Origin: Octopus bimaculoides | Lineage: Eukaryota | Direction: 5' to 3' | Assembly: GCF_001194135.2 (NCBI RefSeq) | Contig: NC_069000.1 | Coordinates: 30,471,081-30,505,637, forward strand | Length of the DNA: 34,557 nucleotides | Shown: positions 11,340 to 22,719 of the stretch, in pieces | Position numbering within the stretch: position 1 is the stretch's first letter | Layout of the letters: each line of letters begins with the position of its first letter | Notes under the pieces: generated by a model | The model's input: the letters and a program-made list of their open reading frames with translations, nothing else | The model's database searches: none | What the model was told of the DNA's origin: nothing | Translations under genes and position numbers: made by a program

Positions 11340-12885
11340 TAGTCCCAGACATTTTTAGTGTATGAATTTAGAAGTTGTGTTTTCTTCCCAAGAACCCATC
11401 TTCAACCATACTTTGCTCCAGTCGGTTTGGTATGTATCCTGTTGTTCCCATAATAATAGATTTGCAAACTCCTTATCAATCGTCCATAAATGTCCTGTTT
11501 CTCTTGTATTTTTCAAACTACTGTGGTGTTCAGAGGGCAGATGATTTCCACAGCAAAACATATTTTTTCCATGTGGTCCGAAGCGAAAATATTTGGCCAG
11601 TTGTGTTTCAACTTGGTGGTTTGCTTTAATTTTTAACTTCCGCCAATATTTCCTTTGACTCGTCCGTCCAAATTTAGTCAACTTCATCTTTTGGTATTCT
11701 CTTTTTGTTATCCCTTTGAAGACTGCTCTGGCCACAGCATTATGCCTCATCAGAAGATAATACCTGGAAGACATTCTCTCGCAGTTGGCAATAATATTGT
11801 TGATATCTTCAGTGGTAGTCTTGCACAGCCTACATTTGTTTTCTGTCGACGTTTCCTGCTTTATACCGCAAGTACTTGATGGGGATCTCTTGTTCTTCAA
11901 TTGCAGGAGGAAAGCCTTCGAAGTGAAATGCCATAAACATAGCGGTACTCCATGTCAAGCTTTTGATTTGATCAATTTCTTCCTTCTATGGTTTGTGTCA
12001 AGTACCCATGCATTATCATTTCACTGAACTGATCCATTTTTTATTCTCATATATATTTTTTCATAAATAGAATTTATCAATGTTCCGTGTGGGGAAATCT
12101 GCATCAGCTCTTATTTCATGCCTCTCCTCTAGTTTATTATCCATCTCAATTATGTTGTTGGTTTCACGGTCACAAATATCGGCTTGATAGTTACTGGTCT
12201 CCTTTCTCTGCCGCAGATGTTGCTTCAGTGTCACAATACGTACTTCGTATGACGTTAACGAAGATTTGAGACCACGGCCACCATCCTCTCTCGGGAGTTA
12301 TAATCTATCTACATGGGCAGTAATGTTAAAGCCTCTTGTAACACTGAGCTGCGGTGCGAGTTCGAACATCTATCTCAATAGGTTCTTACAGTGATCAGTT
12401 CAAAAGACCAAATGCATGCGTAAGGACAGTAAGGATGTTGTGGGTAATATACTTGTTGTAAGCTGAGAGTTCAGACAAGCATATTTTCTTTACCCTCTTC
12501 AGGCGCTCATTTCCCGTCTTCTTCTTATTGATGGGTCTGTCATAGCTGAGATTCTCACTCCGTCTAAGATATTTGTAATCTTCCCCAGAAAACAGATGCT
12601 CTATTTTCTAGGCTGTCTATGTTTAGTGTCTTGGATAACGGCACAAGTTTGTCACGTTTGTGCCCTCATCCAAAAAGGCACATTTGAACTCACCAAATTT
12701 CATTCCGATATCTTTGGAGAATTGGGTCATGAGATCTAGTTACTTTTTGAGATGGTTAATATTTGGCCCATACTCCATACTGATTCAGGCGATCGATAAA
12801 GAAACGGTGATTGATTTCATTAGAGCCATTCCTATTACTGTAGTGTTTTAAGATTAAGCATGCCAGGGGATTGAATAAGACTTCA
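11340..12885 (-). mobile_element. Decayed RLE-type non-LTR retrotransposon (second R4-like family)
   Basis: RT remnants FNPL..INHRFFIDRL, FSKDIGMKFGEFKC; zinc finger KCRLCK..I..C..RHNAV; heavily frameshifted. Confidence 0.75.
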
Positions 12886-13174
12886 AAGAGTAGTACTGAC
12901 AAAATATCGCCCTGAAGGATGTCTTTTATGGTAGAGTATAGTGGTAGATATGTATGTATTTACACACACATACACAGACCCCACCACACACACTATTTTA
13001 TTATGGCCGAAGAATCGTCATAAACTCCCAATTCAGAGTTTAATGTGATCGTTTGTTAGATAGTTGTGATAATAAAAGAAATTTTTTTATTAGTGGTTAT
13101 TTTTTTTAATTCGTATATATATGTATAAATATATATGTATGTATGTATTTATAGGCATGTGTGTGTATGTTTGC

Positions 13175-13360
13175 GTGTCTGTGTTTGTCACCCCACCATT
13201 GCTTGACAACCGATGCTGGTGTGTCTAAGTTCGGCGAGAGAGATCGATAGAATAAGTACTAGGCTTACAAAGAATAAGTTCTGGGCTCAATTTGCTCGAC
13301 TAAAGGCGGTGCTCCAGCATGGCTGCGGTCAAATGGCTGAAACAAATAACAAAATAAAAG
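13175..13360 (+). mobile_element. SINE family A tail segment
   Basis: Homologous to the 10329-10545 tail. Confidence 0.75.
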
Positions 13361-13659
13361 AAAAAAAAAGAATATGTATAAGTGTTTATGGATACCTGTT
13401 CATCGAATAAGCATTTGTAGCTGATTGGGCAAGTATTTACAAAAGATAATGGTGCACAGTGAGAAGCATGTTGCAATTGGCCGTAAAGGAAAAAATATAT
13501 ATGAACAACCGTTGAATCGACGAACTTTGTGTAAGGAATATGCTAGTAAAAAAGAAAGCAGGATAAAATACAGAATATCGAGAATAAGAAATTGCAAGTA
13601 ATTAAAAATAATATAATAGAAGTAGGCCAAAAATTAAAATTAAGATTAAAGATTCTATA

Positions 13660-13810
13660 GGGGAAGGCGTGGCCGTGTAGCAAGTTTGCTTCCCGATCAA
13701 ATGGTTCTGGGTTCAGTCCCACTGCGTAGCACCTTGGGCAAGCATACTCAACTATAACCTCAGATCTTGTGAGTGGATTTAGTAGACGGAAACTGATAGA
13801 GACCCATCGT
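13660..13810 (+). mobile_element. SINE family A head (diverged)
   Basis: GGGTTCAGTCCCACTGCGTAGCACCTTGGGCAAG..GTGAGTGGATTTAGTAGACGG. Confidence 0.8.
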
Positions 13811-13867
13811 ACACACACACACACACACACACACATGTATGTATGCATGTATGTATGAATATATGTA

Positions 13868-13906
<39 letters not shown>

Positions 13907-13975
13907 NNNNNNNNNNNNNNNNNNNNNNNNNNNNNNNNNNNNNNNNNNNNNNNNNNNNNNNNNNNNNNNNNNNNN

Positions 13976-14007
<32 letters not shown>

Positions 14008-14027
14008 TGTATGTATGTATGTGTGAA

Positions 14028-14401
14028 GGCGCAATGGCCCAGTGGTTAGGGCAGCGGACTCGCGGTCATAGGATCGCGGTTTCGATTCCCAGACCGGGCG
14101 TTGTGAGTGTTTACTGAGCGAAAACACCTAAAGCTCCACGAGACTCCGGCAAGGGATGGCGGCGAACCCTGCTGTACTCTTTCACCACAACTTTCTCTCA
14201 CTCTTACTTCCTGTTTCTGTTGTGCCTGTAATTCAAAGGGTCAGCCTTGTCACACTGTGTCATGCTGAATATCCCCGAGAACTACGTTAAGGGAACACGT
14301 GTCTGTGGAATGCTCAAACACTTGCACGTTAATTTCACAAGCAGGCTGTTCCGTTGGTCGGATCAACTGGAACCCTCAACGTCGTAAGCGACGGAGTGCC
14401 A
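14028..14401 (+). mobile_element. tRNA-derived SINE family C with intact Pol III boxes
   Basis: A box TGGCCCAGTGG (14035-14045), B box GGTTTCGATTCC (14078-14089). Body is homologous to 26690-26830. Confidence 0.8.
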
Positions 14402-14500
14402 GTTCAGTTCATGTATGTATGTATATATATATGTGTGTGTATGTGTTTGTGTGTGTGTATGTGTGTGTGTATGTGTGTGTGTGTGCGTGTGTGTGCGCGT

Positions 14501-14959
14501 TAAGGGTCTTTGACTCTTGTTTCTAGCAATGTAGGTGCTACCCTGCACGCTCAGTCACTATTAGTGACAATTGAATTTTCCCTTTTTGGTTTTATATTAC
14601 TCCTAGCCAATTTTATTATTCTATAATTTCACATTGCCATTTTGCTGAGTCACCAATTGATTCTTGTAATAAATTCTCTACACTGACAGGTAGGATTTGG
14701 CTTAACTATCAGCGATGGACTAGTACTACTGATGAGCTTTAATTTCAAGCGAAACTGGCTTGCCCATATAGAACCCTCCCTCACCGAGGGGCGGTTAACT
14801 CCCCTGTCAGTACATAAACTTGTGCTATGTTTGTGGCTATAAAGGTCTTTGACTCTTGTTTCTAGCAATGTAAGTGCTCCTTGACCCCTCATTCACTGTT
14901 AGTAACAGTTGAATTTATTCCTTTTTTATATTATGTCTAGCCATCTTTATTACTTTATA
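14501..14959 (+). mobile_element. 339-bp-period partial tandem unit containing a type I hammerhead-like core (retrozyme/PLE-pLTR-like)
   Basis: Direct repeats 14501-~14625 and 14840-~14959; CTGATGA-GCTT-TAATTTC-AAGC-GAAAC at 14729-14755. Confidence 0.6.
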
Positions 14960-15311
14960 TGTATGTGTTTGTCCCCCACAACCACTTGACAACTTGCACT
15001 GGTGTGTATGTCCGCATAACCTAGCGGTTCGGCAAAAGAGACCGATAGAATAAACACTAGGCATAAAAAGAAGGACTGGGGTCGTAAACAAAAAAAAAAA
15101 AAAAAAAAAAAAAACTAATACTAAAAAATATACTAATAAAAAAACCATGGAAAAAGAACGGGGAACGGTACGAAAAAGGAAGAAAACTGATGGGACATGA
15201 ATACGTAAAATCACTGCGACGGAGAAAAGAAAGAACGGAAAATTTTAACCAACACAACGGATTCTTGCCTCATTTTATTGTGACAGTGATAACACAAAGA
15301 TACAATCAATG

Positions 15312-15345
<34 letters not shown>

Positions 15346-15854
15346 CACACACACACACACGCACGCACGCACGCACACACACGCACGCACGCACGCACAC
15401 ACACACAGGTGTAAACGAGGCGTACGTAACAACAGATGCAGTGGACATAACAACAAATGCATACGCATAAATTATGGTTTGTACAATTAAGTGGACTAAG
15501 GGAAACAACTTTTGAATTGTTTCCAGAGTGACTTCCCTTGAGAGTTTACTGTTTCATTTTTGTTAAATGAAGTTGCTTGAATTTTATCTCATTTCATAAC
15601 ACGTTTCCCTCTGCTCTTTGTTTAACATCGTACGAGACATACTAAGTGGAAACGGAATTAAAAATCAGTGGTACGCGCGTGCGTATGCGTGTATGTATTT
15701 GTGTATCTATGTATGTATGTATGTGTGTATGTGTGTGTGTGTGTGCAACGTGTATGTATGTGCGTGCGCACGTAAGTGTCAACTGGTGCTGGTTTGTTTA
15801 CGTCCTATAGAATAACAATCAGACTTCAAAAAAAATTACTAGTTTGGGCTGTGA

Positions 15855-16258
15855 AATCTTGCCGCCATAAATTTCAGCCGTTTTTATTTATTATTAATAA
15901 CTGCATTGTTTTTGTTTTTTTTGTTTTTCTTTGTAGGTGACTAAATTTGGCATTGCAGTGTTGTCAACTACCTTCAAGAAAGGGTTTTTAACTCTCAAGA
16001 ACATTTATTCTGAAATGGTTGCTACATTCGAGGATGACGTTCCAGTTTTATCAACAGTGCAAAAGTGGGAAACTGAGTTTAGGAAGGGAAGGCAGGGTGT
16101 AAAGGATGACCAAATGCTTGGCCGACTTGCAACTGTTACCAGAGAAGAAAACATCGATCGTGTTCACCAAATGGTGATGGATGACAGGCAATTGACTATG
16201 AATCAAATAGCCAATGCTATTAGCGTATCTCGGGAGAAATTTGAAAATATTCTGCACA
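15855..16258 (+). mobile_element. Mariner transposase N-terminal (HTH) remnant interrupted by a SINE
   Basis: IYSEMVATFEDD..STVQKWETEFRKGR..VKDD..GR..EENIDRVHQMVMDDRQLT..IA..ILH. Confidence 0.85.
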
Positions 16259-16422
16259 GGCGTAGGAGTGGCTGTGTGGTAAGTAGATTGCTTACCAACC
16301 ACATGGTTCCGGGTTCAGTCCCACTGCGTGGCACCTTCGTGAAGTGTCTTCTACTATAGCCTCGGGCTGACCAAAGCCTTGTGAGTGGATTTGGTAGACG
16401 GAAACTGAAAGAAGCCCGTCGT
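16259..16422 (+). mobile_element. SINE family A (young, CpGs intact)
   Basis: Near-consensus head followed by (TA)n and a gap. Confidence 0.9.
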
Positions 16423-17352
16423 ATATGTGTATATATATATANNNNNNNNNNNNNNNNNNNNNNNNNNNNNNNNNNNNNNNNNNNNNNNNNNNNNNNNNNN
16501 NNNNNNNNNNNNNNNNNNNNNNNNNNNNNNNNNNNNNNNNNNNNNNNNNNNNNNNNNNNNNNNNNNNNNNNNNNNNNNNNNNNNNNNNNNNNNNNNNNNN
16601 NNNNNNNNNNNNNNNNNNNNNNNNNNNNNNNNNNNNNNNNNNNNNNNNNNNNNNNNNNNNNNNNNNNNNNNNNNNNNNNNNNNNNNNNNNNNNNNNNNNN
16701 NNNNNNNNNNNNNNNNNNNNNNNNNNNNNNNNNNNNNNNNNNNNNNNNNNNNNNNNNNNNNNNNNNNNNNNNNNNNNNNNNNNNNNNNNNNNNNNNNNNN
16801 NNNNNNNNNNNNNNNNNNNNNNNNNNNNNNNNNNNNNNNNNNNNNNNNNNNNNNNNNNNNNNNNNNNNNNNNNNNNNNNNNNNNNNNNNNNNNNNNNNNN
16901 NNNNNNNNNNNNNNNNNNNNNNNNNNNNNNNNNNNNNNNNNNNNNNNNNNNNNNNNNNNNNNNNNNNNNNNNNNNNNNNNNNNNNNNNNNNNNNNNNNNN
17001 NNNNNNNNNNNNNNNNNNNNNNNNNNNNNNNNNNNNNNNNNNNNNNNNNNNNNNNNNNNNNNNNNNNNNNNNNNNNNNNNNNNNNNNNNNNNNNNNNNNN
17101 NNNNNNNNNNNNNNNNNNNNNNNNNNNNNNNNNNNNNNNNNNNNNNNNNNNNNNNNNNNNNNNNNNNNNNNNNNNNNNNNNNNNNNNNNNNNNNNNNNNN
17201 NNNNNNNNNNNNNNNNNNNNNNNNNNNNNNNNNNNNNNNNNNNNNNNNNNNNNNNNNNNNNNNNNNNNNNNNNNNNNNNNNNNNNNNNNNNNNNNNNNNN
17301 NNNNNNNNNNNNNNNNNNNNNNNNNNNNNNNNNNNNGAAAGGGGTTTTGTTT

Positions 17353-17832
17353 TGTAGTGACCCCTGGCGGTCAAGCAGCACAGCAAAACGAAAAAGGGAT
17401 CTAACGAGAGTAATCTCCCTCGACCTTCTTGAAAATTCTCGAACATTCGAGAAGCTTCAAATTAACTTCCAGATGACGTGGAAGTCAGGGACTTCCGGTT
17501 CATCCCTTATATAAAGGAACACATTTCTAATTTCGCGCAACTCTTACCTGTTGGTTCCTGGACATGCATTGAGTCACGCCACTCGCATACACATCCATTT
17601 ACTTTGAGACATGTGGTTGCAAAGTATGTTCATGTAATTAATATGTTGCAAGCCTTTTCTTTCAAACCATTCTTATATGACAATGCATTACATCCAGTAA
17701 TAAATATGTTATGACTTATTACGAACATCTCACAAATTCTTATTTTCTTGTCGGTTACGTATAAAATGGCGACCCCTCTTTCTCGCATGCAATTAGAAAA
17801 TTATAGGATGTCACTTACTGACAATCACTATA
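17353..17832 (+). mobile_element. Gypsy 5' LTR
   Basis: Termini TGTAGTGA and TCACTATA (7/8 inverted); TATATAAA at 17508; AATAAA at 17699; PBS-like GGGTAACCCCGACGTC at 17836-17851. Confidence 0.7.
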
Positions 17833-20190
17833 AAAGGGTAACCCCGACGTCAGAACACATTAACCGCTACAAAATAGTGAACCCGATATTTGAATACGCA
17901 ACCCACAGTACACGGTAAATCGACGCCATACTACACTCTTCAAGGTAATTTCTTCATTACTCTGCCAACACCTCTGATATGGAATTCTCTCACAGACCCA
18001 CCGCGGCTGATTCGGTTATTGCTTCATCGTCTTCTCGACAACAGCCTCATAATATAAATGGCGACGCCATGTTGAAGGCTATCGATGGTTTAACGCGCCA
18101 AATAGCTCAATTCTGTTGAGTTAGACGGCATTCGCGAAGCCGTTCTTTCTCTTCTCGAAGACGTAACACTTTTTCAACCAGCAATTCTTCGGTGTGTTCG
18201 TACCACGCACGTTTTCACAACAAGGCACGACATTGTAACAAGCCTTGTGCTTTTTAAGTGTCGGAAAACTGAACCTAGAAAGCCTAGGCACATCAGACCA
18301 CTTTCACAACTTTTCAGCTAATCCTACTTTCTTCATTAGGGACCGAGTCTCGAACAGGTCATTCATGGACGATACAGGATCAAATTGCAGTATTTTGCCA
18401 TTACCGTTCAGCTCTAACAAGCCACAGTTATCCAGTATTTCCTTATACGCGGTGAACCAGTCTCCCATCAAAACCAACGTTCCTTTCCAATTGGATGGTG
18501 CGCTTTGGTGTCTCATCGAAAATAACCACTGATAGGGGGCGCCATTTCGAAGTTTCTTTCCATGAAATATCACGACTCTTGGATGAAATATCACGACTCT
18601 TGGGTGCTCATCGAATTCATACAACATATTTAACTCTAGACCTTGCCTTGCATCGAAATTTTAAATGGATTTTCGTCATCGCCGACCTGCCTCATCCTGT
18701 CTTCGGGGCAGACTTCTTACACCACTATTCACTCCTAGTAGATGTCAAGAAACAGAGACTTGTGGATACTACCACATCTTTATCTACACTTGCACGTGAA
18801 TCTACCGCTGCTGTCCTCAGCCCATCATTTTTTGTAGCTGCTGCCAGTAACCATTTCCATACTCTTCTTGCCTCGTCTCCCGAGTTAATGGATCTCTCAT
18901 TTAAGTTTGCTCAGACAGTCCACTCGGCTCAACATTTTATTACAACAACTGGTCCACCCGTTTTCTCTCGTCCACGTAGATTAGCGCCAGACAAGCTCAA
19001 GAAAGTCCGCACTGAATTCGAGCAGATGCTCCAGCTCGGTCTAATACGTCCTTCTACAAGCCCTTGAGCATCTCCGCTACACTTAGCTCGGAAGGGTGAA
19101 GCGGATTTTAGACCGTTGGTGATTACAGGAGACTTAATGCTATCACCACGCCCGATCGTTATCCTCTACACAACTTAAAGGATTTCTCTTATGCTCTCCA
19201 TGGTTGCGCTACATTTTCCAAAGTGGATCTGGTGCGTGCGTATCATCAAATCCTGATGAACCCGGAAGATGTACCTAAAACTGCCGTAACCACTCTGTTT
19301 GGTTCATTCGAATTCCAGCCTATGCCTTTTGGTCTGAGAAATACTGCCAGTACATTCCAGCGTTTCATCGACGAAGTCGTATGCAGACTGAATCTTTGTT
19401 TTGCTTATGTAGACGACTTCCTAGTAGCCAGCGATACATTTGAACATCATCATCAACATCCATCTCAGTTGTTTCAACGTCTGCGAGCGTATCATGTAAA
19501 GATTGATCCAGCTAAATGTTTATTCAGTACAACTTCATTGGAATTCCTTAAACATCTTATAGACGCAGAGGGAATTTGACCCCACCCATCTAAAGTGGAT
19601 GCTATTCAGAAAATTGCAATCCCCAACTTCATTGAGACAAGTACGTCACTTTTGGGGGTTAATAAATTTTTAAAGAACTTTCATCCCGAACTTGGCGGAC
19701 AAGTTGTTTCCCCTAACACAACTTTTGAAATCTACGAAGAAGAAAGACGCATCTATTTCCCTTTCTGTTGACGCCTTGCAAGCTATCGACTCAGTAAAGT
19801 CTGAAATAGCTAAAGTTTCCTTTCTCGCGGTTTCACGTACATCGCTCCTCTCGATGGCCTGAAGCCATACCTCTGATTGACATCACAGCTGAATCCGTCG
19901 CTCAAGCGTTCCTTTCCAATTGGATGGTGCGCTTTGGTGTCTCATCTAAAATAACCACTAATAGGGGACGCCATTTCAAAGCTTCTTTCCGTGAAATATC
20001 ACGACTCTTGGGTGAAATATCACGACTCTTGGGTGAAATATCACGACTCTTGAGTGAAATATCACGACTCTTGGGTGCTCATCGGATTCATACAACAAAT
20101 TATCACCCAGCTTCCAATAGAATGATAGAACGATTCCACAGACTCATGCTAACGATGTTGCCAGTTCACCGCCTTAACCTAATTAAATAT
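17833..20190 (+). mobile_element. Decayed Ty3/Gypsy internal region (gag remnant, protease, RT, integrase remnant)
   Basis: gag C-terminal CSYHARF..KARHCNKPC; protease DTGS and GADFL; RT DLVRAYHQI, MPFGLRN, YVDD; integrase RFG..ITT.RGRHF, YHPASN. Large deletions; no 3' LTR seen. Confidence 0.9.
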
Positions 20191-20259
20191 TAGAACCTTA
20201 TTTGGTTCAGCTGCCTGTCGATTATCACAGAAGATGTAGCTTAAAATTAAAACTAGACA

Positions 20260-21720
20260 CCTTGCTTGCTTGATGCTTGCTTGTTTCTTATTTCATGCTC
20301 TTGCTTGATGGAGCTGGTGTCGTCCCAGGTTAGTGGTCCCAGAGACGTTATCATGCGTAGAGCCGACCGGTCCACTAGTGCCTCACCCCCCCCCCCAACG
20401 CTGACGGTACTGTGTAAGCCCCTCTGTATCCTCCGAAGTGACGTCGGTCCTCTGGAGATATTCCTTAATCACATCCAGCCATCAGGAGTAGGGCATGCCA
20501 CGAGACCTTTTCCAGCCCGCAGCTGCTGCGTCGAGTAAAACCGTGGTAGGATGATCTAGCGGGAGGCAGAGGACATATTCGTACCAGCGCATGCGACGGT
20601 TAGCTATCAGGTGGGAGGCTACGGGCTGATGCATGTCATGCGCAGTTCTTTGTTGGAAATGTGATGGTACCATCTGATGTTCTCGATGGTTCTCAGGGCT
20701 TTGCTTTAGAAGCTGTCGATCTTTTTTGCCAGCGTCTTCAAGAGGGGCCACTTTTCTTTTCCCTAGAAGAGAATGGAGAAGGCCGATGCGTTGTAGATAC
20801 GAGACTTCGTCTTCCGGGAAATAGACCATTGGTGCCAAAGGGGCTTCCATAAGAAGTGCTTGAACCCGACGACCAGACTACATCTACGGTTGATCTCTAG
20901 AGTCAGGTCTCCAGGTAGATGAAGGAGTAGACGAACTCCATGACGTCGGGGCCAATATGGAGAGGGAGAGGATCCAGGCCATCTCCGACATGCATCAGTT
21001 TCGACTTCGCCCAACTCACTTGGAGGCCAAGCTTTACTGATTCGTCTCTGTATATGGCCAGTGCATCTCTGAGCTGGTCAATCGAGTTGCTGAATAGGGT
21101 GGTATTGTCCGCATACTCCAGGTCGGTAAGGTGGTAGTTCCCGAAGGTAACGCCAGAGACTCGCTCACAGACCTTGGTCGTTAGATAATCGAGACACGGT
21201 TGAAGAGGTTGGGGGCGGCCACGTAGCCCTTTCTGATCCCACTGTTGATGAGGAACTCTAGTCTTTCCCGTTCACCCGCACGCAGCTCTCGGCACTACTA
21301 TAGAGCCGTTGGAATATGGCGGTGATCCTCGGAGGCACACCAACAAGTTTGAGAATTTTCCAGAGGGATGCGTAGTCGACCGCCTTAAGATCGACGAAGG
21401 CGTTGTAGAGGTGACGATCTTTGCGGAACTTACGCAACCTTTCAATGACGAGGCGAAGGGCAAAAGTATATGGTCGGCGGTAGATCGATTCGGCATGAAT
21501 TCGGTTTGCTGTGGGCGACGTTTGCTTCTAATGGCAAGAAGAGCGCGGCTGAAGAGGACCCTGGTGAAGAGATTGACTGGGATGGATAGGAGAGTAATGC
21601 CCCTGTGGTTGTTGCTGACAAGCTTGTTGCCCTTCCGTTTCCAGAATGGGAGAGTTTGTTGCCTTTCCGTTTCCAGAATGGGAGGATAATGCCCCGGGTC
21701 CAGTCATTTCAGAGTCACCC
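20260..21720 (-). mobile_element. 5'-truncated RTE-clade LINE
   Basis: NHRGITLLS, AFVDLK, LTDLEYADN, RRMRWY..V, KRSRG; (CAAG)n-type tail at 20260-20283. Confidence 0.85.
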
Positions 21721-22719
21721 TTACATCCATAACTAAGATACCTTAATTAAAATTTTAAAAGAAAATGTAACTATACTTACTATGTTTTTTTAAGTGTAGT
21801 TACATGTTTTTTTTTAATTAACCTTAATACTTGGTTGGTATCCAATTGACTCCACCCCACCAACACCACCTCCGACTTCCGTCGAAGTTCAAATCTTTGT
21901 GTTCTGAGTCCATATCCTGACCACCACCCCACCTTCGCTGTATTGAACGCAGAACGTAAGAATACTTAATTAAACACCACAAAACACCCTATCTTCCTAT
22001 TATTTGTCACACTGACACCATAGAAGTGAATAATTATATTTTTTCTTTAAACGCAAGAGCACAAGTATAAACATGAAGCAACAGTTGATTACATGGATAA
22101 GAACGGGTCCTCGAAAATTTGTTTGTAGATCAACTGATTTAGCTTTGTAACGATAAGATTTTTTTCTGATTTTTAGGTCGTCATCAGTGTAATAATTTGA
22201 TTGAGTTTAGTGTTGATGAAAAGAACATAAATTCCGTTGAGATTTCGAGTACAAAATATTTAATTTTATTGTTAATCAACTTGTGTATTGTCATAATTAC
22301 CAACGACAGGAGAAATGTTTACACGAAATTAAATAGTTCAAAGTTTGTAAGAGATGTTGTTAGAGCAGATATAACAGTAGCCATCTTTGTGTATTTGTGT
22401 GATTCAAGCAACTCGGCACTTTAGCTTCGTCATTGTTATCGCCAACCATTGGTCTTGACCCATAGCTAACCTGTTCAAAGCATGCACTACTACTGTCCTT
22501 CGACCACTGATCCCTAGTAGCCAAAACAGAGTAAATATATAGCCGTGATGACCATCCTATGTTATTTGTCTAAGAAAAGTGCTTGTTTGTGAAAACTGGG
22601 ATTCAGTGAATTAAACATTTACTAGGTCTAATGTAATTTGATGGTCAGCTAGGTACTGGTAACCTCCCACAAAGAGAAAAAAACACTAATTTTTAATGTT
22701 AATTTTTGAAAGATTTGTG

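Noticed and set aside
14028-14100. Possible tRNA gene
   Set aside because: It has A and B boxes but continues into a SINE body with no clean acceptor stem or terminator, so it is treated as a SINE head. The same applies to 26561-26592.
21624-21684. 29-bp direct repeat inside the RTE fragment
   Set aside because: An ordinary small post-insertion tandem duplication in a dead element.
22150-22195. Minus-strand CTGATGACGACC half motif
   Set aside because: No matching stem II/GAAA and no cleavage-site strand found.
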